Shown: positions 1 to 8,642, numbered from the whole stretch's first letter. The stretch is 21,155 bases of DNA, filler included, from Protoeuglena noctilucae (GCA_958009085.1; 2 parts of 2 records of this genome joined end to end with filler, not necessarily neighbours in it), one strand, 5' to 3'. Translations and numbers: made by a program. Notes: generated by a model from the sequence alone, not told the origin.

Positions 1-952
1 TGGGCGGTAGTGCGGCCAGGTGTGTGTGGAGTGGTAGGGCGGTAGGGCGGTAGGGCGGTAGGGCGGTAGGTGTTGGGTTGGGCGGTTGGGTGTGTGGAGT
101 GGTTGGGCGGTGGTGCGGTCGGGCGGTTGAGCGGGCGGTTGGGTGTGTGGAGTGGTTGGGCGGTAGTGCGGCCAGGTGTGTGTGGAGTGGTAGGGCGGTA
201 GGGCGGCAGGGCGGTAGGGCGGTAGGGCGGCAGGGCGGTAGGGCGGTAGGTGTTGGGTTGGGCGGTTGGGTGTGTGGAGTGGTTGGGCGGTGGTGCGGTC
301 GGGCGGAAGAGCGGGCGGTTGGGTGTGTGGAGTGGTTGGGCGGTGGTGAGGTCGGGCGGTTGAGCGGGCGGTTGGGTGTGTGGAGTGGTTGGGCGGTGGT
401 GCGGCCAGGTGTGTGTGGAGTGGTAGGGCGGTAGGGCGGCAGGGCGGTAGGGCGGTAGGGCGGTAGGTGTTGGGTTGGGCGGTTGGGTGTGTGGAGTGGT
501 TGGGCGGTGGTGCGGTCGGGCGGTTGAGTGGGCGGTTGGGTGTGTGGAGTGGTTGCGCGGCAGGGCGGCAGGGTGTGTGTGGAGTGGTAGGGCGGTAGGG
601 CGGTAGGGCGGTAGGGCGGTCGGGCGGTAGGGCGGTAGGTGTTGGGTTGGGCGGTTGGGTGTGTGTGGAGTGGTTGGGCGGTGGTGCGGCAGGGCGGCAG
701 GGTGTGTGTGTGTGTGTGGAGTGGTTGGTGGATGGGCGGCAGGGCGGTAGGGCTGTAGGGCGGTAGGTGTTGGGTTGGGCGGTTGGGTGTGTGTGTGGAG
801 TGGTTGGGCGGTGGTGCGGTCGGGCGGTTGAGCGGTTGAGCGGTTGAGCGGGCGGTTGGGCGGTTGGGTGTGTGGAGTGGTTGGGCGGTAGTGCGGTCGG
901 GCGGTTGAGCGGGCGGTTGGGTGTTTGGGGGTGTTTGTTGTGTTGTGTTGTG
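1..952. repeat. G/T-rich hierarchical minisatellite spacer (5'-truncated by window)
   Basis: Built from 8-mers GGTAGGGC/GGCAGGGC/GGTTGGGC/GGTTGAGC and the blocks GGGTGTGTGGAGTGGTT and GGTGTTGGGTTGGGC; ends in (GTTGT)n. Confidence 0.95.
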
Positions 953-1037
953 AGAACACGGAACGACATCGCCAGGCGAAGGCCCACAACAAAGAAGAAG
1001 GGAGAGGAGAGATGGGCACTGATTTTGGTGCTTCCAA

Positions 1038-1119
1038 GACACTTTGGCCGAGTGGTTAAGGCGTCGGCCTGCTAAGCCGATGGGCTCTGCCCGCGTGGGT
1101 TCGAATCCCATAGGTGTCG
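1038..1119 (+). tRNA. tRNA-Ser(GCT), copy 1
   Basis: Acceptor GACACTT/AGGTGTC + discriminator G; D arm TGGCCGAGTGGTTAAGGC (A box); anticodon arm TCGGC-CT-GCT-AA-GCCGA; long variable arm GGGC-TCT-GCCC; T arm GTGGG-TTCGAAT-CCCAT (B box); 82 nt, no encoded CCA. Confidence 0.97.
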
Positions 1120-1136
1120 CTGTTGCATTGCACGCT

Positions 1137-1157
1137 GGGGCAAAAAACTTTTGCCCC
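1137..1157. terminator. Perfect 9-bp palindrome containing the first T4 after the tRNA; probable Pol III terminator (in every unit)
   Basis: GGGGCAAAA-AAC-TTTTGCCCC; TTTT at 1149-1152, about 30 nt after the tRNA 3' end. Terminator role is inferred from the Pol III oligo(T) rule. Confidence 0.5.
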
Positions 1158-1221
1158 GAGCCACGATCATCGAACCACGAACCTTCACTGCGATAGCAGT
1201 CCTTTCCAACCTCCAACTGTC

Positions 1222-1283
1222 ACCGTAGCCATTTTGGCTCAAGGTACAAGTTGGGCTGATGCGGCAACGCAAGCCTTGTTTTT
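1222..1283 (+). ncRNA. Dinoflagellate spliced-leader RNA gene, copy 1
   Basis: Exact DinoSL exon ACCGTAGCCATTTTGGCTCAAG (1222-1243, with exonic Sm-type ATTTTGG); GT donor 1244-1245; intron hairpin GGCT-GA-TGCG-GCAA-CGCA-AGCC; T5 at 1279-1283. About 57-62 nt, matching the short dinoflagellate SL RNAs. Confidence 0.96.
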
Positions 1284-1364
1284 GATGCTCTGCCACCCCG
1301 CGTACGTTTCACAAAATGTGCGGAACACACAAATTGGAACGTGAATCCGAAGAAAACAACAAAT

Positions 1365-1485
1365 GCTGACAGCACCCTGAGGTCTTCCCAGGCGGTCCCC
1401 CACCCTAGTACTAACCGGGCCCTGCGCCACTTAACTTCGGAGTTCAGAAGAGATCCGGTGCATTGGACGCGGTATGGCCGTCAGC
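1365..1485 (-). rRNA. 5S rRNA, copy 1
   Basis: Minus strand GCTGACGGCCATACCGCGTCCAATGCACCGGATCTCTTCTGAACTCCGAAGTTAAGTGGCGCAGGGCCCGGTTAGTACTAGGGTGGGGGACCGCCTGGGAAGACCTCAGGGTGCTGTCAGC. Helix I GCTGACGGC/GCTGTCAGC and eukaryotic motifs GGCCATAC, GAAGTTAAG, TTAGTACT, GGGAA; followed by ATTTGTTGTTTT. Confidence 0.97.
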
Positions 1486-1761
1486 GAAGAGATTTTTTTT
1501 GCTTCACCATCCACAATTTCCTCGCAACCTCGTTCCATCCTGACATCATGTTCTCCTTGCGTCGAACACCTCCCATCTGCCCGCTCGGGGCGCCGCGACG
1601 AAAACATGTCCCTGATGTCCTGGTGAACAACTCACTCACGTGCAAAAACCTGCCGAGAGTTCTCGGTCCATCTCTCTCTCTCTCTTGGGCACACCACACC
1701 AGCCAGCTTCACATAAAAATCGGTCCTGCGCGACAGCCGGTCTTTGCTGAAATGAAACGAC

Positions 1762-1762
<1 letters not shown>

Positions 1763-1800
<38 letters not shown>
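1763..1800 (+). repeat. poly(T) tract (38 nt)
   Basis: Directly visible homopolymer. Confidence 0.95.
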
Positions 1801-1803
<3 letters not shown>

Positions 1804-1968
1804 GTGCGGTTTTTGAAAAGGCGTTGTGATGCTGCCCCCTTGTTTTTCTTGTTGGTAACGAGAGGCCACCCTCCCTGATGAGGGCAAACACATCGAATTA
1901 TCAGCACAATTCACCACAGTGCGAAAACATCGAAGCGAAGGCCCACGAGTGGGAGGAGGGAAGAGGGA

Positions 1969-3437
1969 GGGGTTGGGGGTTGGGTAGGGCAGTAGGGCGG
2001 TAGGGCGGTAGGTGTTGGGTTGGGCGGTTGGGTGTGTGGAGTGGTTGGGCGGTGGTGCGGTCGGGCGGTTGAGCGGGCGGTTGGGTGTGTGGAGTGGTTG
2101 GGCGGTAGTGCGGCCAGGTGTGTGTGGAGTGGTAGGGCGGTAGGGCGGCAGGGCGGTAGGGCGGTAGGGCGGTAGTGCGGTCGGGCGGCAGGGCGGTAGG
2201 TGTTGGGTTGGGCGGTTGGGTGTGTGGAGTGGTTGGGCGGTGGTGCGGTCGGGCGGTTGAGCGGGCGGTTGGGTGTGTGGAGTGGTTGGGCGGTAGTGCG
2301 GCCAGGTGTGTGTGGAGTGGTAGGGCGGCAGGGCGGTAGGGCGGTAGGTGTTGGGTTGGGCGGTTGGGTGTGTGGAGTGGTTGGGCGGTGGTGCGGTCGG
2401 GCGGTTGAGCGGGCGGTTGGGTGTGTGGAGTGGTTGGGCGGTAGTGCGGCCAGGTGTGTGTGGAGTGGTAGGGCGGTAGGGCGGTAGGGCGGTAGGGCGG
2501 TAGGTGTTGGGTTGGGCGGTTGGGTGTGTGGAGTGGTTGGGCGGTGGTGCGGTCGGGCGGTTGAGCGGGCGGTTGGGTGTGTGGAGTGGTTGGGCGGTAG
2601 TGCGGCCAGGTGTGTGTGGAGTGGTAGGGCGGTAGGGCGGCAGGGCGGTAGGGCGGTAGGGCGGCAGGGCGGTAGGGCGGTAGGTGTTGGGTTGGGCGGT
2701 TGGGTGTGTGGAGTGGTTGGGCGGTGGTGCGGTCGGGCGGAAGAGCGGGCGGTTGGGTGTGTGGAGTGGTTGGGCGGTGGTGAGGTCGGGCGGTTGAGCG
2801 GGCGGTTGGGTGTGTGGAGTGGTTGGGCGGTGGTGCGGCCAGGTGTGTGTGGAGTGGTAGGGCGGTAGGGCGGCAGGGCGGTAGGGCGGTAGGGCGGTAG
2901 GTGTTGGGTTGGGCGGTTGGGTGTGTGGAGTGGTTGGGCGGTGGTGCGGTCGGGCGGTTGAGTGGGCGGTTGGGTGTGTGGAGTGGTTGCGCGGCAGGGC
3001 GGCAGGGTGTGTGTGGAGTGGTAGGGCGGTAGGGCGGTAGGGCGGTAGGGCGGTCGGGCGGTAGGGCGGTAGGTGTTGGGTTGGGCGGTTGGGTGTGTGT
3101 GGAGTGGTTGGGCGGTGGTGCGGTCGGGCGGTTGAGCGGGCGGTTGGGTGTGTGGAGTGGTTGCGCGGCAGGGCGGCAGGGCGGCAGGGTGTGTGTGTGT
3201 GTGGAGTGGTTGGTGGATGGGCGGCAGGGCGGTAGGGCTGTAGGGCGGTAGGTGTTGGGTTGGGCGGTTGGGTGTGTGTGTGGAGTGGTTGGGCGGTGGT
3301 GCGGTCGGGCGGTTGAGCGGTTGAGCGGTTGAGCGGGCGGTTGGGCGGTTGGGTGTGTGGAGTGGTTGGGCGGTAGTGCGGTCGGGCGGTTGAGCGGGCG
3401 GTTGGGTGTTTGGGGGTGTTTGTTGTGTTGTGTTGTG
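1969..3437. repeat. G/T-rich minisatellite spacer (~1469 bp)
   Basis: Same motifs; higher-order modules start at AGGTGTTGGG (2010, 2198, 2346, 2502, 2682). Confidence 0.95.
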
Positions 3438-3522
3438 AGAACACGGAACGACATCGCCAGGCGAAGGCCCACAACAAAGAAGAAGGGAGAGGAGAGATGG
3501 GCACTGATTTTGGTGCTTCCAA

Positions 3523-3604
3523 GACACTTTGGCCGAGTGGTTAAGGCGTCGGCCTGCTAAGCCGATGGGCTCTGCCCGCGTGGGTTCGAATCCCATAGGT
3601 GTCG
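3523..3604 (+). tRNA. tRNA-Ser(GCT), copy 2
   Basis: Same sequence as copy 1. Confidence 0.97.
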
Positions 3605-3706
3605 CTGTTGCATTGCACGCTGGGGCAAAAAACTTTTGCCCCGAGCCACGATCATCGAACCACGAACCTTCACTGCGATAGCAGTCCTTTCCAACCTCCA
3701 ACTGTC

Positions 3707-3768
3707 ACCGTAGCCATTTTGGCTCAAGGTACAAGTTGGGCTGATGCGGCAACGCAAGCCTTGTTTTT
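3707..3768 (+). ncRNA. Dinoflagellate SL RNA gene, copy 2
   Basis: DinoSL 22-mer + GT + hairpin + T5, as copy 1. Confidence 0.96.
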
Positions 3769-3849
3769 GATGCTCTGCCACCCCGCGTACGTTTCACAAA
3801 ATGTGCGGAACACACAAATTGGAACGTGAATCCGAAGAAAACAACAAAT

Positions 3850-3970
3850 GCTGACAGCACCCTGAGGTCTTCCCAGGCGGTCCCCCACCCTAGTACTAAC
3901 CGGGCCCTGCGCCACTTAACTTCGGAGTTCAGAAGAGATCCGGTGCATTGGACGCGGTATGGCCGTCAGC
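3850..3970 (-). rRNA. 5S rRNA, copy 2
   Basis: Same sequence as copy 1. Confidence 0.97.
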
Positions 3971-4246
3971 GAAGAGATTTTTTTTGCTTCACCATCCACA
4001 ATTTCCTCGCAACCTCGTTCCATCCTGACATCATGTTCTCCTTGCGTCGAACACCTCCCATCTGCCCGCTCGGGGCGCCGCGACGAAAACATGTCCCTGA
4101 TGTCCTGGTGAACAACTCACTCACGTGCAAAAACCTGCCGAGAGTTCTCGGTCCATCTCTCTCTCTCTCTTGGGCACACCACACCAGCCAGCTTCACATA
4201 AAAATCGGTCCTGCGCGACAGCCGGTCTTTGCTGAAATGAAACGAC

Positions 4247-4247
<1 letters not shown>

Positions 4248-4320
<73 letters not shown>
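4248..4320 (+). repeat. poly(T) tract (73 nt)
   Basis: Directly visible homopolymer. Confidence 0.95.
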
Positions 4321-4323
<3 letters not shown>

Positions 4324-4487
4324 TGCGGTTTTTGAAAAGGCGTTGTGATGCTGCCCCCTTGTTTTTCTTGTTGGTAACGAGAGGCCACCCTCCCTGATGA
4401 GGGCAAACACATCGAATTATCAGCACAATTCACCACAGTGCGAAAACATCGAAGCGAAGGCCCACGAGTGGGAGGAGGGAAGAGGGA

Positions 4488-5903
4488 GGGGTTGGGGGTT
4501 GGGTAGGGCAGTAGGGCGGTAGGGCGGTAGGTGTTGGGTTGGGCGGTTGGGTGTGTGGAGTGGTTGGGCGGTGGTGCGGTCGGGCGGTTGAGCGGGCGGT
4601 TGGGTGTGTGGAGTGGTTGGGCGGTAGTGCGGCCAGGTGTGTGTGGAGTGGTAGGGCGGTAGGGCGGCAGGGCGGTAGGGCGGTAGGGCGGTAGTGCGGT
4701 CGGGCGGCAGGGCGGTAGGTGTTGGGTTGGGCGGTTGGGTGTGTGGAGTGGTTGGGCGGTGGTGCGGTCGGGCGGTTGAGCGGGCGGTTGGGTGTGTGGA
4801 GTGGTTGGGCGGTAGTGCGGCCAGGTGTGTGTGGAGTGGTAGGGCGGCAGGGCGGTAGGGCGGTAGGTGTTGGGTTGGGCGGTTGGGTGTGTGGAGTGGT
4901 TGGGCGGTGGTGCGGTCGGGCGGTTGAGCGGGCGGTTGGGTGTGTGGAGTGGTTGGGCGGTAGTGCGGCCAGGTGTGTGTGGAGTGGTAGGGCGGTAGGG
5001 CGGTAGGGCGGTAGGGCGGTAGGTGTTGGGTTGGGCGGTTGGGTGTGTGGAGTGGTTGGGCGGTGGTGCGGTCGGGCGGTTGAGCGGGCGGTTGGGTGTG
5101 TGGAGTGGTTGGGCGGTAGTGCGGCCAGGTGTGTGTGGAGTGGTAGGGCGGTAGGGCGGCAGGGCGGTAGGGCGGTAGGGCGGCAGGGCGGTAGGGCGGT
5201 AGGTGTTGGGTTGGGCGGTTGGGTGTGTGGAGTGGTTGGGCGGTGGTGCGGTCGGGCGGAAGAGCGGGCGGTTGGGTGTGTGGAGTGGTTGGGCGGTGGT
5301 GAGGTCGGGCGGTTGAGCGGGCGGTTGGGTGTGTGGAGTGGTTGGGCGGTGGTGCGGCCAGGTGTGTGTGGAGTGGTAGGGCGGTAGGGCGGCAGGGCGG
5401 TAGGGCGGTAGGGCGGTAGGTGTTGGGTTGGGCGGTTGGGTGTGTGGAGTGGTTGGGCGGTGGTGCGGTCGGGCGGTTGAGTGGGCGGTTGGGTGTGTGG
5501 AGTGGTTGCGCGGCAGGGCGGCAGGGTGTGTGTGGAGTGGTAGGGCGGTAGGGCGGTAGGGCGGTAGGGCGGTCGGGCGGTAGGGCGGTAGGTGTTGGGT
5601 TGGGCGGTTGGGTGTGTGTGGAGTGGTTGGGCGGTGGTGCGGCAGGGCGGCAGGGTGTGTGTGTGTGTGGAGTGGTTGGTGGATGGGCGGCAGGGCGGTA
5701 GGGCTGTAGGGCGGTAGGTGTTGGGTTGGGCGGTTGGGTGTGTGTGTGGAGTGGTTGGGCGGTGGTGCGGTCGGGCGGTTGAGCGGTTGAGCGGTTGAGC
5801 GGGCGGTTGGGCGGTTGGGTGTGTGGAGTGGTTGGGCGGTAGTGCGGTCGGGCGGTTGAGCGGGCGGTTGGGTGTTTGGGGGTGTTTGTTGTGTTGTGTT
5901 GTG
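4488..5903. repeat. G/T-rich minisatellite spacer (~1416 bp)
   Basis: As previous spacer but 53 bp shorter. Confidence 0.95.
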
Positions 5904-5988
5904 AGAACACGGAACGACATCGCCAGGCGAAGGCCCACAACAAAGAAGAAGGGAGAGGAGAGATGGGCACTGATTTTGGTGCTTCCAA

Positions 5989-6070
5989 GACACTTTGGCC
6001 GAGTGGTTAAGGCGTCGGCCTGCTAAGCCGATGGGCTCTGCCCGCGTGGGTTCGAATCCCATAGGTGTCG
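5989..6070 (+). tRNA. tRNA-Ser(GCT), copy 3
   Basis: Same sequence as copy 1. Confidence 0.97.
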
Positions 6071-6172
6071 CTGTTGCATTGCACGCTGGGGCAAAAAACT
6101 TTTGCCCCGAGCCACGATCATCGAACCACGAACCTTCACTGCGATAGCAGTCCTTTCCAACCTCCAACTGTC

Positions 6173-6234
6173 ACCGTAGCCATTTTGGCTCAAGGTACAA
6201 GTTGGGCTGATGCGGCAACGCAAGCCTTGTTTTT
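6173..6234 (+). ncRNA. Dinoflagellate SL RNA gene, copy 3
   Basis: DinoSL 22-mer + GT + hairpin + T5. Confidence 0.96.
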
Positions 6235-6315
6235 GATGCTCTGCCACCCCGCGTACGTTTCACAAAATGTGCGGAACACACAAATTGGAACGTGAATCCG
6301 AAGAAAACAACAAAT

Positions 6316-6436
6316 GCTGACAGCACCCTGAGGTCTTCCCAGGCGGTCCCCCACCCTAGTACTAACCGGGCCCTGCGCCACTTAACTTCGGAGTTCAGAA
6401 GAGATCCGGTGCATTGGACGCGGTATGGCCGTCAGC
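6316..6436 (-). rRNA. 5S rRNA, copy 3
   Basis: Same sequence as copy 1. Confidence 0.97.
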
Positions 6437-6712
6437 GAAGATATTTTTTTTGCTTCACCATCCACAATTTCCTCGCAACCTCGTTCCATCCTGACATCAT
6501 GTTCTCCTTGCGTCGAACACCTCCCATCTGCCCGCTCGGGGCGCCGCGACGAAAACATGTCCCTGATGTCCTGGTGAACAACTCACTCACGTGCAAAAAC
6601 CTGCCGAGAGTTCTCGGTCCATCTCTCTCTCTCTCTTGGGCACACCACACCAGCCAGCTTCACATAAAAATCGGTCCTGCGCGACAGCCGGTCTTTGCTG
6701 AAATGAAACGAC

Positions 6713-6713
<1 letters not shown>

Positions 6714-6782
<69 letters not shown>
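6714..6782 (+). repeat. poly(T) tract (69 nt)
   Basis: Directly visible homopolymer. Confidence 0.95.
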
Positions 6783-6785
<3 letters not shown>

Positions 6786-6949
6786 TGCGGTTTTTGAAAA
6801 GGCGTTGTGATGCTGCCCCCTTGTTTTTCTTGTTGGTAACGAGAGGCCACCCTCCCTGATGAGGGCAAACACATCGAATTATCAGCACAATTCACCACAG
6901 TGCGAAAACATCGAAGCGAAGGCCCACGAGTGGGAGGAGGGAAGAGGGA

Positions 6950-8230
6950 GGGGTTGGGGGTTGGGTAGGGCAGTAGGGCGGTAGGGCGGTAGGTGTTGGG
7001 TTGGGCGGTTGGGTGTGTGGAGTGGTTGGGCGGTGGTGCGGTCGGGCGGTTGAGCGGGCGGTTGGGTGTGTGGAGTGGTTGGGCGGTAGTGCGGCCAGGT
7101 GTGTGTGGAGTGGTAGGGCGGCAGGGCGGTAGGGCGGTAGGTGTTGGGTTGGGCGGTTGGGTGTGTGGAGTGGTTGGGCGGTGGTGCGGTCGGGCGGTTG
7201 AGCGGGCGGTTGGGTGTGTGGAGTGGTTGGGCGGTAGTGCGGCCAGGTGTGTGTGGAGTGGTAGGGCGGTAGGGCGGTAGGGCGGTAGGGCGGTAGGTGT
7301 TGGGTTGGGCGGTTGGGTGTGTGGAGTGGTTGGGCGGTGGTGCGGTCGGGCGGTTGAGCGGGCGGTTGGGTGTGTGGAGTGGTTGGGCGGTAGTGCGGCC
7401 AGGTGTGTGTGGAGTGGTAGGGCGGTAGGGCGGCAGGGCGGTAGGGCGGTAGGGCGGCAGGGCGGTAGGGCGGTAGGTGTTGGGTTGGGCGGTTGGGTGT
7501 GTGGAGTGGTTGGGCGGTGGTGCGGTCGGGCGGAAGAGCGGGCGGTTGGGTGTGTGGAGTGGTTGGGCGGTGGTGAGGTCGGGCGGTTGAGCGGGCGGTT
7601 GGGTGTGTGGAGTGGTTGGGCGGTGGTGCGGCCAGGTGTGTGTGGAGTGGTAGGGCGGTAGGGCGGCAGGGCGGTAGGGCGGTAGGGCGGTAGGTGTTGG
7701 GTTGGGCGGTTGGGTGTGTGGAGTGGTTGGGCGGTGGTGCGGTCGGGCGGTTGAGTGGGCGGTTGGGTGTGTGGAGTGGTTGCGCGGCAGGGCGGCAGGG
7801 TGTGTGTGGAGTGGTAGGGCGGTAGGGCGGTAGGGCGGTAGGGCGGTCGGGCGGTAGGGCGGTAGGTGTTGGGTTGGGCGGTTGGGTGTGTGTGGAGTGG
7901 TTGGGCGGTGGTGCGGTCGGGCGGTTGAGCGGGCGGTTGGGTGTGTGGAGTGGTTGCGCGGCAGGGCGGCAGGGCGGCAGGGTGTGTGTGTGTGTGGAGT
8001 GGTTGGTGGATGGGCGGCAGGGCGGTAGGGCTGTAGGGCGGTAGGTGTTGGGTTGGGCGGTTGGGTGTGTGTGTGGAGTGGTTGGGCGGTGGTGCGGTCG
8101 GGCGGTTGAGCGGTTGAGCGGTTGAGCGGGCGGTTGGGCGGTTGGGTGTGTGGAGTGGTTGGGCGGTAGTGCGGTCGGGCGGTTGAGCGGGCGGTTGGGT
8201 GTTTGGGGGTGTTTGTTGTGTTGTGTTGTG
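6950..8230. repeat. G/T-rich minisatellite spacer (~1281 bp)
   Basis: One 188-bp module shorter than the 1969-3437 spacer. Confidence 0.95.
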
Positions 8231-8315
8231 AGAACACGGAACGACATCGCCAGGCGAAGGCCCACAACAAAGAAGAAGGGAGAGGAGAGATGGGCACTGA
8301 TTTTGGTGCTTCCAA

Positions 8316-8397
8316 GACACTTTGGCCGAGTGGTTAAGGCGTCGGCCTGCTAAGCCGATGGGCTCTGCCCGCGTGGGTTCGAATCCCATAGGTGTCG
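8316..8397 (+). tRNA. tRNA-Ser(GCT), copy 4
   Basis: Same sequence as copy 1. Confidence 0.97.
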
Positions 8398-8499
8398 CTG
8401 TTGCATTGCACGCTGGGGCAAAAAACTTTTGCCCCGAGCCACGATCATCGAACCACGAACCTTCACTGCGATAGCAGTCCTTTCCAACCTCCAACTGTC

Positions 8500-8561
8500 A
8501 CCGTAGCCATTTTGGCTCAAGGTACAAGTTGGGCTGATGCGGCAACGCAAGCCTTGTTTTT
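8500..8561 (+). ncRNA. Dinoflagellate SL RNA gene, copy 4
   Basis: DinoSL 22-mer + GT + hairpin + T5. Confidence 0.96.
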
Positions 8562-8642
8562 GATGCTCTGCCACCCCGCGTACGTTTCACAAAATGTGCG
8601 GAACACACAAATTGGAACGTGAATCCGAAGAAAACAACAAAT

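Noticed and set aside
1501..1762. U6 snRNA or SRP RNA, which are possible companions of SL genes
   Set aside because: No ACAGAGA box and no SRP helix-8 CAGG/AGCAG motif on either strand.
1810..1830. U5 snRNA loop-1-like CGCCTTTT on the minus strand
   Set aside because: Continues CAAAA rather than the invariant GCCTTTTAC, and has no convincing enclosing stem.
1072..1907. Short ORFs over the cassette (MAEHQK..., MSLLHC..., MNPKKT...poly-F, MAQGPV...) and their copies
   Set aside because: They overlap the tRNA, SL and 5S genes and the poly(T); their ends vary with homopolymer length.
1868..1930. Hammerhead ribozyme (CTGATGA...GAAA) or box C/D snoRNA
   Set aside because: Stem II cannot form between CTGATGA and GAAA. 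CTGATGA sits in a CCCTC/GAGGG hairpin, and I see no matching D box with a terminal stem.
2010..2682. Module lengths of 148-188 bp as nucleosome-positioning units
   Set aside because: The lengths follow simply from a fixed core plus n x 8 bp, and nothing in the sequence supports a nucleosome link.
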